Source: Octopus sinensis (Eukaryota). Taken from it: 64,000 nucleotides of DNA. This document shows positions 13,015 through 26,158 of this stretch, one piece after another. Location: NCBI RefSeq assembly GCF_006345805.1, contig NC_042997.1:4588001-4652000 (forward strand), given 5' to 3'. Position numbers and translations under genes: made by a program. Below the pieces are notes generated by a model. It was not told the origin of the DNA, did no database searches, and was given only the letters and a program-made list of their open reading frames with translations. How positions within the stretch are numbered: the first letter of the stretch is position 1; each line of letters begins with the position of its first letter.

Positions 13015-13800
13015 ATTATAAACTATTCTCCTGATAACCCTTCATTCTTTGGTCGTATCTCACCATCTTTGCTTTATTTGCAACAAAGCGCTGTTTCAGT
13101 TACTCCACTACTACATTCAGGCCGTTTCTTTCAATATTATACTTCCTTTTCAGTGTCCTGTACTTTTGGTCACTTTTAAGCTTCCCTTTCTCTTTTCGGT
13201 CTAACACGGAGATTTCTTTTGTGATCATGTCTAACTCTGCCTGGGTTCTTCTTTTCCACTATGGATCTTTTCTTTTGTTACTCCCATTATGTTTATTTTT
13301 CTTGAGATCGACACCCACATTCTCTGCAACAACAATACTTGCTGCTTTGATCAAATTATTTGTTTCTGTGATGTTTGTTCTGATGTATTTCAGAATTTCA
13401 TTGACATTTTCTCTTTCTTGGTTTAATTTCCCTCCATAAAAATTTTAAAGTTGCAAATAACGTCGCTTTCTCCTGTAGTCTTACATTTATTCTGTCGTAG
13501 ATTGCCTTTTCCTCATCTCGTATATCACTATTAGATTTATTGTCTTCTTTTATATCATTTACATGTGTCTCATCAATTAAGCTACCACTGCTCTTTTTCT
13601 GTCTTATGAGATTTTTCTTATTAGTAAGAACTGTATGTTCAATCTTATCTCTGCTGCTACTGTTTATGACCCGCCTTTTCATAGCTTCGAGCTCTACTTC
13701 TGTGAAACAGCAATTTTTTTCTTATTGCTCTAGTTTCACCACAGTGTTGCGTCTGTTGAAACAATACCTCTTCTCTCCAATGATCATACGTTGTCGGTAA
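13015..13800 (-). mobile_element. R4/Dong-type N-terminal ORF fragment (continuation of 12090-12570)
   Basis: KLNQERENVNEILKYIRTNITETNNLIKAASIVVAENVG..KDP*WKRR..KGKLK..KRKYNI..LNVVVE*LKQR..KAKMVRYDQRMKGYQEN. Confidence 0.8.
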
Positions 13801-14728
13801 TCCCCTAATTTGAGCAGCATTTTTATCTACAGGGGTTGCTCAGTTAGTAACACTGCATGACCATAGCATTAACTTGTATGCTGCATCTACGCCATGTGTA
13901 TTGGTCCCTTTCTGGATATCGACAGGCTAGAGCCGGACCAGAATTTCTGAGCTACCGGGTGTAACACTGTGACCATCATTGGCTTCAGTTTCATTACCAC
14001 CGTTATTCACAATATATTTTTTTTCATTGTCGCTCATATGACGTAGCGATTATCAGGTTGCGCAATTACCTGTGTGTTTCTTGTTACACCATTACTACAT
14101 GTGTCATTATGAGCCCATAACGAGACTCCACCTGCTTCCTTTCATTATTATTATTATCGTCACTGATATCACTAGTATTATTATGTTTTTATGTGTAATA
14201 GAAGTAGCAGTGGTTGCAGTAACAGAAGAAGTAGCAGGGTGGGGTAGTATTAAGGATGGTATTTTGGGGCTCAGTTTCTTGTGCTATCATAATAGTAGTA
14301 GTTGTAATATTATTGTAGTATTAGTAGCAATCAGTGTCAACCGCTGCAGCATATTATCATTATTTTCATTCTTTTATTTCGTTTTTCATTATCACCATCA
14401 CCATCACTACCATTGTAGTTGGGCTTCAGATTGGTGAATAAATCATAATATACAGGTCTATAAATAGATTCGGCAGATAGTGGAGAGGTCAACAATAGAG
14501 ATAAAAGGATCTTCGCATCACTGCGGTTCAGCAGAGGTCAAGTCTGTTTACTACTGCCAGTGGTCGCTGACAGTGCTGCCTTGAAAAGAAGAAATTCAAA
14601 CTATTCCAGTCAATCGTCCTTTGGTTTTGTCGTAGTTTCGTTTTCACGATCAATGACATGTGTTGATGTTTATTTCGTATTCATAATATTATTGTTGTGT
14701 AATCGAGAGACCGAGATAGCAGTGTACT

Positions 14729-14759
<31 letters not shown>

Positions 14760-14760
14760 C

Positions 14761-14804
<44 letters not shown>

Positions 14805-14945
14805 TATATATCCATATGCATACATAACGCATATATACACATATACATAGAGAGAGAGAGAGAGAGAGAGAGAGGTCTTGCATGAATATTGGTGTATATG
14901 TAATTAAAATATTAAATCCAATATTTTACTTACAAATTTACAGTC

Positions 14946-15193
14946 TCGTATAGAAATATTGCAATCTATGTGTTTACATTTTTACGAACGTGCTTTTCTG
15001 CGGCGTATCTAAGGGAATATATTATTATTATTATTATTATTATTATTGTATATATATATATATATATATATACTCCACTTACCTGAGATGGCTTGCATTA
15101 AAACATAATTTCCTTTAATTCTTTCGTGTAGAAATATTGCAATCCATGTTTTTATATTATCACGCACGTGTTCTCGTGGCGGCGTATCTGAGG

Positions 15194-15200
<7 letters not shown>
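14946..15200. repeat. Two diverged ~75-bp direct repeats each ending at a microsatellite
   Basis: cgt.tagaaatattgcaatc.atgt.ttta...ac.gtg.t.t...gcggcgtatct.agggaatata at ~14948 and ~15126. Confidence 0.7.
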
Positions 15201-15251
<51 letters not shown>

Positions 15252-15958
15252 TATAATATAACACTATTATTGTTGTTATTATCATCATCAATATCATCAT
15301 CATCATCATCGTTTTTATTATTATTATTAACATTGTTGTTGTTGTTATCATAATTAACTATTGCCAGTAACTATGATACATTTTACTTTTTAACATTGTT
15401 ATATGCAAAAATCATTTAATACTTTTTCGGTGACTATTTTGAGCATATAAACCCTTTTCTATTTTCTTATTCGTAACCTATTCCATTTCTATTATATGTA
15501 TATATATTAAAATAATGTCTACTTCTATTAACTATCCGAAGTTTCATTTCTCAATTTTTAAAATATTATCTTCTGTTTCTTATAAATCTACCTATATTAA
15601 CCATAACCTTATAGATGATATACGATAATACTTACAGTAATTCGAAGTCCACAACAACTACTTCCACAAAATGCAGACACACTCATGTATAGAGTTTATT
15701 TATCCGTTTGGTTATGCATACAAATAGATTTATATTATTTCTAAGACTTTTTCTTTTTATTATTATTAATATTACTTTTATTTATCTATCATAATCATTA
15801 TTATTACTACTTCTAAAGTTGTGTCGACTTTATATTTATACCTATTAACATATTTAATAGGTTATACAGCATATTCCATAATTTACTTATAAATCTTATA
15901 AACTTTATTCACATACGTATACAGATGTACATATTTGTGTACATATAAACATATGCAA

Positions 15959-16043
<85 letters not shown>

Positions 16044-16429
16044 TTGGATATATAGATATATATATATATATACATATATACATATATGCACATATCGTTG
16101 GTTGGTATTTCGTAGTTTCTCTTCCGATTTTGTAACTCTTTTATCCATAAATTTTTTCTCAATTCATATCGTAATTTTTTAATAACTAACAGACTTAACG
16201 TTAAAATATAGAAGCGTGTATTTCTTCGAAAATATTGCTTACGAATTTACCGCGCATGTGTAGGTATCGACGTGCGCGCTTAAGCGAATACTATGAACTT
16301 TTTGCCCACTTACATTTACTACCGCCGCCCACTTAGTGATCATTCAAATAGCACTTTTGTCTTAATAACGGTCAATCACACAGTAATTTCTCTTTGTTTA
16401 GCGGTCATTTTCATAGCATTTTTCCGATG

Positions 16430-16499
16430 GCCGGATAACTGAAGAGATGACGGCGTGGATTTCCACCCCGACATGTGAAACTCGGAGTTTTATCAAGGC
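16430..16499 (+). ncRNA. Type I hammerhead ribozyme
   Basis: Stem I gcc-g-gataa/ttatc-aa-ggc; CTGAAGA 16439-16445; stem II atgacggcgtgg-attt-ccaccccgacat; GAAA 16477-16480; stem III ac-tcgga-gt; GUU cleavage triplet at 16487-16489. Confidence 0.7.
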
Positions 16500-16544
16500 T
16501 ACTGAATAATTGTCACATATTACATTTATATATAGATCGACATG

Positions 16545-16740
16545 ATAGATCGGTAGCCACTACACACATTTTTTCTCTCTCCTTGTTTCTCTCATTGTTT
16601 TTTTCTCTGTCCCTTTCTGCAGAAGAGCGTAGGCTCGAAATGTAAAAGAGTTCTATTCCCGAGCGTTATACTAATAGATCTGTTTGTTTTCTGCATCATC
16701 TGTCTGCGTCTTTTGTTTTTTTCGTGAATTGTTTTAAATA
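16545..16740 (+). mobile_element. Solo PLE 3' tail (same family as 600-845) with HHR-like variant
   Basis: gatagat.g.tagccact..ctctg...CTGCAGA-A-GAGC-GTAG-GCTC-GAAA..cccgagcg.ta.actaata.atctgtttgtt; ends in (TA)n. Confidence 0.7.
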
Positions 16741-16762
16741 TATATATATATATATATATATC

Positions 16763-16798
<36 letters not shown>

Positions 16799-16804
16799 AT
16801 ATAG

Positions 16805-16974
16805 CCGCAGGAATGGCTGTGTGGTAAGTAGCTTGTCTACCAACCACATGGTTCCGGGTTCACTCTCACCATTGGGCAAGTGTCTTCTACTATAGCCTCA
16901 GGCCGACCAAAGCCTTGTGAGTGGATTTGGTAGACGGAAACTGAAAGAAGCCCGTCGTATATATGTATATATAT

Positions 16975-17022
<48 letters not shown>

Positions 17023-17240
17023 TGTGTGTGTTTGTGTGTCTGTGTTTGTCCCCCTAGCATTGCTTGACAGCCGATGCGGGTGTATTTATGTCCCCGTTAC
17101 TTAGCTGTTCGGCAAAAGAGACCGATAGAATAAGTACTGGGCTTACAAAAGTATAAGCCCCGGGGTCGAGTTGCTCGATTAAAGCGGTGCTCCAGCAAGG
17201 CCGCAGTCAAATGAGTGAAACAAGTAAAAGAGTAAAAGAG
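16805..17240 (+). mobile_element. Near full-length family-A SINE
   Basis: A-box-like TGGCTGTGTGGT (~16813), B-box-like GGTTCCGGGTTCA (~16850), internal (TA)n and a gtaaaagagtaaaagag tail. Confidence 0.88.
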
Positions 17241-17364
17241 AATATGTATATATATATATATGTATGTCTATATATATATTATATATATATATGATGTGTG
17301 GTAAGTAGCTTGCTAACCGACCACATGGTTCCGGGTTCATAGACAGTACTTTACTAAAGTATAT

Positions 17365-17625
17365 GATCATGGAAGCACTCCGTCGGTTACGACGACGAGG
17401 GTTCCCGTTGATCCGAATGAACGGAACAGCCTGCTCGTGAAATTAACGTGTAAGTGGCTGAGCACTCCACAGACACGTGTACCCCTTAACGTAGTTCTCG
17501 GGGATATTCAGCGTGACACAGAGAGTGACAAGGCTGGCCCTTTGAAATACAGGTACAACAGAAACAGGAAGTAAGAGTGAGAGAAAGTTGCGGTGAAAGA
17601 GTACAGCCATTGCGTCTCCACAAAG
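17365..17625 (+). mobile_element. Interspersed repeat (family shared with 1085-1200)
   Basis: gctgagcactccacagacac..gtgacacagag.gtgacaaggctggcc.ttgaaatacag matches the 1.1-kb copy. Confidence 0.6.
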
Positions 17626-17696
17626 TATATGATCAGAAAGAGAAATACGGGAAATAGTTTTTGTTCGTATTACAAAGTTAAGACATTGAATACAAG

Positions 17697-18010
17697 AACG
17701 GGCAAGTGTCTTCTGCTGTAGCCCCGGGCCGACCAATGTCTTGTGAGTGGATTTGGTAGACGGAAACTGAAAGAAGCCTGTCGTATATATCTATATATAT
17801 ATATGTAAGTGTATGTTTGTGTGTCGTGTTTGTCCCCCTAGCATTGCTTGACAACCGATGCTGGTGTGTTTACGTCCACGTCACCTAGCGGTTCGGCAAA
17901 AGAGACCGATAGAATAAGTACTGGGCTTACAAAGAATAAGTCCTGGGGTCGATTTGTTCGACTAAAAGGCGGTGCTCCAGCATGGCTGAAACAAGTAAAT
18001 GAGAGTAAAA
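17697..18010 (+). mobile_element. 5'-truncated family-A SINE
   Basis: Same diagnostic blocks as 10727 and 16805. Confidence 0.85.
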
Positions 18011-18014
18011 AGAG

Positions 18015-18215
18015 AGTAATCCAAACCAGAAAGCACAAAAAAACACAGCAACGTGAGGACGTGGAACAAATATTTTATTATTGGACGCTCAGAAAAGAAG
18101 GAAAGAAGGAGGGATTAACGTTTCGAGCGGAGCTCGTCGTCAGAAACATAGGAAAAGGAAAGATCCAGAGAAGGGAAAACAGAGGAAAAAAATCGCCAAC
18201 TGTACACACGCGGTC
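18015..18215 (-). mobile_element. Solo PLE-type 3' tail with minimal hammerhead motif
   Basis: Minus strand reads CTGACGA-C-GAGC-TCC-GCTC-GAAAC-GTT (18143 to ~18117). The palindromic AACGTT stem III is typical of dimer-dependent minimal HHRs, and the pyrimidine-rich flanks resemble the 600-845 tail. Confidence 0.6.
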
Positions 18216-18824
18216 ACATTTTATACATATATATATATATGCATTCATATGTCTGCAGTTGCGGGCAAGTGTGTATGGCTGGGTGACATACACTAGCACG
18301 TGTAATGTGCTAAACTATTGCACGCGAGTTGTTCTCAGTTGTTGCTGATAGCAATTGATATGTCACCTCATTTCGCACAGCATCAAAAAAGGCTAAAGAA
18401 ACATTCTTTAAAAATCGGATGTTACTGAATCATGTGGATCCTTGGTTTATTGATGTATCTTTGCCCGTTTTATGAAATACGGATGTGATCTTTCATGTTC
18501 TTTCAATTACTGCGTAATTATTTGTTTAACAAAGTTTTTGAAACTCAGCTTCTGTAGTTTAAGCTTCACTTTTCTTTTCCCAACCACATACTTTTGTAGC
18601 CCAATGTTTTCTTTCTTTGTAATGTATTTTGATCTTTACTGGTATATTTGTGATTAAAAAAAATGAACAATTACTTCATTTTATTCTTCCTTTATTATAT
18701 TAGTAATATTTATTTTCGATGAATAGCAATAGCGGCAATAACCGTAGTTACTGTTGAAGAGGCAGCAGTAACAGTTGTGGTGATGGTGGTTGAGGTGTTC
18801 GTGGTGGGGGTGAAGGTGGTTGTG

Positions 18825-18892
<68 letters not shown>
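18825..18892. repeat. (TAG)n microsatellite
   Basis: Direct reading. Confidence 0.95.
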
Positions 18893-18952
18893 TGTTGTTG
18901 TTGTTATTGCTAGTGCCATTATTACCATATAATTTCTTTTATTTACACTTAC

Positions 18953-19096
18953 TATGGACAATTCGGATAGAGAAGAACTGAATTCCACCAAAGAAATAAA
19001 TAATTCATACATGCATATATTATTGCTCCCAACCATATAGCATATTTTGCCATCCTTATTCATATCTGCACTCTTTTCTGTCAGCAGAATGACGTC
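18953..19096 (-). CDS. Candidate 144-nt phase 0-0 coding exon with EF-hand-like DMNKDGKI loop (weak)
   Basis: ttag|GAC..ATA|gtaagt; open frame DVILLTEKSADMNKDGKICYMVGSNN..; no independent support. Confidence 0.2.
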
Positions 19097-19277
19097 CTAA
19101 GACTGCATGTGTTGAATATTAAAAACCGAGGTCTGAACCAGTGTCTCAAGAGGACTAACACTCTTCAGTCAATGAATGCCTACTTCTAAGTTGAAATACA
19201 TTCTATTACAAACTTTTACTTGGCTACTATGAAATAGTCTATCCACGTTCCATGAATGTAGATTGGGAGCTTATTCG

Positions 19278-19311
<34 letters not shown>

Positions 19312-19472
19312 GTGTGTGTGTGTGTGTGTGGTGTGTGTATATGTATTTATATGCATATGTATATATATATGTATATATACTTATATGTATAGAAGTATGC
19401 GTATATATTTATATATACATATATCGACGCGTGTGTATGTATATACATCCATATATAAATATATATATGACA

Positions 19473-19519
<47 letters not shown>

Positions 19520-21848
19520 TATATATATTATATATATATATAATATATATATATGCTATTCAGATATATACAAATGTATTCATGTTTGTTTGAATGTATA
19601 TGTATGTGTAAGTATATGTGTGTATGTGCGTATGATTATGTAAATAAGTATTTTCACGTTTTCGTGTTTCTATGTAGGCGTGCCATTGAATTTCGGTTTC
19701 TTTTTTCTAAGCTTGTTTCGCGTAAGTTTGGGAGATGTTTATTATTTTATTATTCAGAAATCATTCGAGAGACACAATGAAAAGTAAAAAAAGTAAATAA
19801 AATCATTCTATATCACAACTGACAACTACATTCTTATATTCAGTGTCTTAACTTTGTAATACGAACAAAAACTATTTCCCGCATTTCTCTTTCTGATCAT
19901 ATACTTTAGTAAAGTACTGTCTATTAATTATATATAGATTTCGATGCAATATTGCTATCCATTTTCATACCTTAATCTTCCATGTCATTATTTGTCATTC
20001 TGAAAATATTACGATGTATGATCCGTGGCAACATCTTCCTGGTCTATCTCATTACTATGACATATATTACCCATCTCTGATAGGGGAAAATAAAGAATAT
20101 ATTTTGGATAATGTAATCATTTTTATTTCAATTTGTATTTGCCAGGCCAATATCCATTCAATTTTCATTGAAAGAGCTATATTATGTTAACCAAATGCGA
20201 TAGGCTTTTAGCAATTTATTGGCTAGTAATGTGTGCAAGACTTTATTGCCCCCCTACATGCAACAAGCAATTACGATATGTTACATTCACTACGTTACTA
20301 TCACGCAAGTACACACACATACTTATTATTAACTGGTCCCAGTCCAACCAGAACTATAGTAGAAGTCACCAACCCAAATACCACTCATTAGAACTGAACT
20401 TAAGACCTCATAGTTGGAAGATGTGCGTGTGTAAATACATATCATATATGGTATAGGATGGCGCACATTATAAATAGTCAGTAGAATGTTTTAAAATACA
20501 TGCCTAATGAGTAAGTCGTTTGGGTACAGCATTTGTTCTTAAACAATCTTCAAATATATAGAAATGTCTAATTGATGTGTACTGCATCTGTAAATTTGTA
20601 ACAGATTACGAAATGGATTTCGAAACGATATGTGATTTCATATTTGTTTAACAATATTTATATATACTTTATTACAGATATCATGACGTGAATAATCTTA
20701 ACTAAATCCTCCTTTTCAAATTTACTTCGTTGCAATGTAAGGTAGCTTCATGAACTAGAAATGATGATTATTATTTAAGTGATATAAATAAGTTTAGTAT
20801 TCTTTGTAGCAATAAATTCTTCGACGCCTATTCATTTACCGAAAGATAATTTTGTATTTGAAAGTATTAAATCTGCTAAGTAGTGGATATAAACAATGTG
20901 CTCAATTATTTGTGATGAATCTACGATAGATTTATTATATGATATTTACTAAATGCTATAACGTCACATGTTAAAGAATGAGTCCAAATATTTCTAAAAA
21001 TTCATACGTTAAACACGAAAATGCTGTTCACCATGTTTAACATTCATGTATATCATTATAGAGCATTGATGAGGAAACGTTGCGATAATATGAATTTTCT
21101 AAACAGTTTGTGATTTACACATTGCCACGTTATCTTATTCGCAGTATTTATTTTTCTTCAAAGCCTATATAGTTGATTATCTTCCCTGCTTACGTAGGTT
21201 ATCGTTTCTTCTGTTTGTATTTTTATAAACTAAAAAAATCGGAAATAATATAGGAAAGGACACTTGGTTCTAGTTTGTACAGAAACAAAAGCAGAAAGAT
21301 CAGCAATCTAGGTGCTTAAAGACGGATGTTCTATGCAAATGAATGAGAAGATATTCAATATCTTATTCCTAAAATGAAGACGTGGTTATAATACATTACA
21401 CATAATAGTTTATCGAATTTATGAATAGAAATAATTTAATAACAGAATAATATGTATCATTTCGAATGTCAACGATATGATTGTTAGATATGATTATAGA
21501 AACGATATGATTATTACTCTTTCACTAGGAAAGAAACATGAGTCTTGAAGCACGTGCTACAAATTTATGCCTAACATGACAAGAGATGTATAGGTTGGAA
21601 AAGGAATTAGAAGACTAAATTACGTCACGTTGCATTCTATATTTCAAATCTTTTGCAAAACAGTTTAAAAGAGAATAGTTTGCAAGCAAATATACATATG
21701 CATATATGCTTATATGCTTGCATAAAGAAGAACATATGCATTGGAGAGGAGAAGACTAATAATGCACACACACACACACATATATATATGGGCGGTGCTT
21801 GTGTGTATGCATGTGCCTCTGTGTGTGTGTGTTTGGGTGTACGTAGGA

Positions 21849-21935
<87 letters not shown>

Positions 21936-22094
21936 ATATGTATGTATGTATATATATATATATGTATATGGTGCTTCAAAAAAATTTACATCATTTGAAA
22001 TATAAATATGAGACAACTACATAGTCAAAGAAAATGAAACTAAACAGGCTTAATGTTGAGCAACGTAAGAGTTATTCCACTAAATATGAATGCA

Positions 22095-22862
22095 AAGATA
22101 TGTGGATTACATGAACAATTTCACATCTCTGGTTAAATTTCCCTCAAAGGAAAACGGGACATAAAAATAATTGTTGGAGATGGCACAGAACACATTCAAT
22201 TTGGTGAGTCCCTCTTATACTCAACTGTGGCATGGGGACTTTCTTCGCTCCAGATGCGAACATCATTCTTATTGACTTTGCCATTCATATGAAATGTGAC
22301 CTAATCACTAAATACAAGACTTCTCGAACTCGGCTTCTTGAGTTTTCTCTTGCATATTAACACAGAATTGTTTGCGCTTTCACTTCTCTTCGGCCATCAT
22401 GCCCTGAACGAGCTGCAGCTTGTATGGGTCATTAGTAAGCGTTTCCTCAGGACGCTCCAAACTGTCGGTGGAGGAATCTGGGTGTCCAGACATGCTCTTC
22501 TTATCTGATTATAGTGGTCGTCCAGTTCCTTTTGTCCTGCACAGAGTCTTCCTTTTTGAATTTTGTGTGTTGTGTCCAAATCTGCATTGCTGTTGGTGAT
22601 CTTTAGGAGACCTTGCTCACAAGTGCACGCTGCAAAGTTTTGTTTGACTGTGTTCTAGCATACTTCAACACACAAAACGCCTTTTCTCTTCCAGTGAATG
22701 TCATTTCTATACCTGAAAATATAAACATATCAGTCATCAAACGTAAAGTTTGGACATGTTTCTACATATGCTTTTAATATTTGAAGTCATTTGAATAAGA
22801 ACTGGCAAAGTTATTAGACTTCGACATGATATCAAAGTTTTTGAAAAACCCTGTGTATATAT
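22095..22862 (-). mobile_element. Tc1/mariner-superfamily transposon 5' half, decayed
   Basis: Putative TIR ta|cagggtttttcaaaaac near 22855. Translation: MTFTGREKAFCVLKYART.., IPPPTVWSVLRKRL....YKLQLVQ, VFSD*VTFH.NGKVN, RIW.EESPH..E.KRDS..LNVFCAIS. Confidence 0.8.
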
Positions 22863-23285
22863 AGCTTACTGTTATGTTAAGTTAAGCTCAGCAGAGAAAT
22901 GTATTCATCTACTGAGAGAGAAATAATACAAGTGCTCAACAAGCATACAAGACTTGTTTCTGTGTCTCCGAGCACATGCTTTCTTCTAATTGAAAATTTA
23001 GAGAAACAACTTGACGCTTGAAAAACGAAATATTAATACATGAATGTGTAGGTATTTACACATATCGAATGATTATAATATACTGGAGTATATAACAATC
23101 GAACGAATTGCTATTATTCATTTAAAAAATCGGCATAGCAGCAGGTTTTTTTTCTTCGTGCATCATGTTCCTTTATTATGCATGGAATGCAATGCACCTT
23201 ATATGTGTTTATGCTCTCTTTTAATGGCAGATCTGTTTAGAGGAGCTGTGCCCTACATATGGGACTGTTTTTCATTTATATCTAG

Positions 23286-23620
23286 ACTAGCAGTATCGCC
23301 CGGCGTTGCTCGGGTTTGTTCCGACCCGCTGGAATTGTAATTTTGAAAAGTAAAAATTTTGTGAACATTTTTCTGGTCGAAATACACCGAAAAGTGGCGA
23401 CACAGCAGTGACAAAATAGAAAAAAGCAGCTTTTTGATGTAAATATTTTTTGGAGTTAACATGGTCCGATTTGAATTTTATGTTCAACGGAAGGAAGAGC
23501 AACCCTTCTATCATACTCTCAATTTTGGTCAACTTGCGCCGCAGGGTCTCGGAGGAGATAGTGTTAGTTGAAGGTTACCAAACGTGGGGCACACAGACAA
23601 CATCAGCTTTATATAGAGAT
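23286..23620 (+). mobile_element. Non-autonomous Helitron-like element
   Basis: 5' ACTAGCAGTATCGCCCGGCGTTGCTCGGG sub-terminal hairpin and 3' CTTTATATAGAGAT end, as in short invertebrate Helitron-like families. Confidence 0.6.
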
Positions 23621-23689
23621 AACACACACACATTAATACACATACATAGACACACACACACATGTATGTATGGATGTATATATGGGCAC

Positions 23690-25142
23690 TTGTATCGCAG
23701 ATTGGTCCCGGTGCGCACACGTGGATTCGCGCGTGCGCGCGAGTCAGACGTAGGTACTCGATACTCGATCGCCCTTAAATAATTACTTTTTTTACAGAAA
23801 CGCGAACGTATATAACGCGCAAAATTATTCCGTTGAATTTATCAAATTAACTAACGCAAAATTAATATATTTTTTGAAATTGCAAATTATTTAAAATATA
23901 AAAATCTGGCTGCTATTTCTAGGTGCCTGAGTAATAACCTCGAGGATTTACAGATGGATGAATTAATTACTATTTTACAGAATAAAATTAATGAATTAAT
24001 TATATGAATTAAATAATTATATGAATTAAATAATTCTTGAAAATTAATTAATATTAATAATATTTTTTGAACAAAGTAAATCATTTTTAAAACTTAAATA
24101 ATAATTTTTTTTACACAAACGCGAACGGGGAAAAGGGGGTGGCGAATTCGATATTTTTATTTTCGTTGAATGAATTGAATGAATAGAAAAAATGTATAAT
24201 ATATATTGTACATACCTTAATTTTTTTCTTTTTCATGACATTGTAGCAAAATAGTAGTGAATTATATAAATACCAGCAGTACATTTTTTTTGTGGGGTAT
24301 TTTTTTTCAACCTCGTCACATATTTGCACCTTTCAATTTAAACAAAGTCTTAATTAAGCAATTACGGCAGCTTAGCAATGGTTTCAATACAGGTGTGACA
24401 TCTGTATCTCAATTGTTCAAAACCCTTCGAATTTTTTCGCACGTGATGATATCATAGTGAAAACTTTCAACTACGCGCGCTTAGAAGTACGCTCACCAAT
24501 TAATACTACCAAATTTTTGAAGTTCGCGCTCCGCTTGTGTGTGTGTGTGCGTGCTTTTGGTGTACGTAGGTATGTGTTTTTGTGTGTGTGTGTCACTGAA
24601 GCCATACATATATATATACATACATAACCTCTCACTCTCTTTTCTCTCTCAGTCACTCACTACAAAAAGTGAATAAAAAAAGTTCAGTTATCTCTGTCTT
24701 TCACTCTCTCTGTCTCTTTACACACACTAACAAAAGCACTTCACTTACACACCACACTTTATGTGTCGCACAACCCATCAAACACACACACACACACACT
24801 CACGCACGCACATATGTACATCAATGCTTTCGGAGTGAAATGTTAAAATATTGAATTTTCTCGAATTTTGTCTTAATTGGGGGTAAAATTGAAAGAAATT
24901 TTTTATGGCATGACCCAATGGGAGTACTTTGAAAAATCATGGGTAAACTCTAATTGAAGAAATCGTGTGAGGAGTAAATCGTTATGCATTTATTTGTTTC
25001 TGTTTGCTGTGTTATTTATTTTTTTAGTAGTGGTTTAAGGTACACTTCTCTCGTTTTGTCAGTTTCACTTTAATCGTTGCAAACTTGCAAAGAGAAAGTC
25101 GTAGAAATTAGAGTCATAGCGTGAGTGAATCAGATCGCTCCC

Positions 25143-25183
<41 letters not shown>

Positions 25184-25408
25184 GCTATAGCCCACACTAA
25201 GAAAAGCACTTGACTCACACACCACAATGTGAGTTTTCTCTAAATTTTGCTTAATTGGGGTTGAAATTTTAAAAACCGGACCTGGCACGACCCGATGCAT
25301 TCTACTCTTAAAAATGCTAGGTAAATTGTAATTGAAGAAATCCTATATTGTAGATTTCTATAAGATACAAAGGGACGCAGATAAAATCTGCCTTTTATAA
25401 TAAGAGAT
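23690..25408 (+). mobile_element. Second, longer Helitron-like element with an internal diverged duplication
   Basis: GC-rich 5' region and 3' end cttttataataagagat. Blocks ~24855-24965 and ~25235-25340 are paralogous (ttttctc.aattttg.cttaattgggg..tggca.gaccc.atg..taattgaagaaatc). Confidence 0.45.
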
Positions 25409-26158
25409 ATTAACTGAACAGAATATTGGAAAATTTCCTTTCACAAATTTAAATCATATTATGATGTATTTGTAAGGATATAGACAACTTGTAAAGTTAA
25501 ATGTATTCGGAAGTAAAATTTAGAAAATGTATTGTACATGGTTACATCCTCCAATTAATAGGCTCCTTGAATTTTAATCTTTTTCAATTTGAAATATCTT
25601 GAGTGCAGCGAACGCGAAATATGTATTTGTATTTGTTAAGTAGTTTAGAATGGTAACATTATGAAGATTTTCAAGACTGAATCCGGACATATATCCCACA
25701 ACATTAAAAAATGTTTTATATGTTAGGTGAGTTCGCTTTCAGCATTCAGTAAATTGGATAGCACTTGCTTTCTTCTCATTTATATATCAGATGATTTCAA
25801 TTTATAGAATAGCGGGTAGTTTATAGAATTCAATCGTAATAAGTACATTGTTTATCCAGAATTTAGAATAATAGATGCAGTTATATTTTGTAAAAAGAAT
25901 ATTCCATAACTGGCGAAGTGCCACTTAGTGTAAATTACTATGAAGAAGAAATTAAGACGAAAGTAATGAATTAAATTTTGATTTTGAAGAGTTCAGTTCA
26001 TAAGAAGGGAAATAATGACCTATACAATAATCTAAACTTACGTGATAAGAACTAGCAACTGATAGGAGAAAAGAACCACACAAGTATAACGTCAAGCCCT
26101 TTTCTGCAAACGCCGTAGGGAATGAACTAAATGAGCAAAACAGCATTTCAAACCTTAC

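Noticed and set aside
14460-14640. GC-richer patch as an exon
   Set aside because: No frame and splice-site combination gave a convincing exon on either strand.
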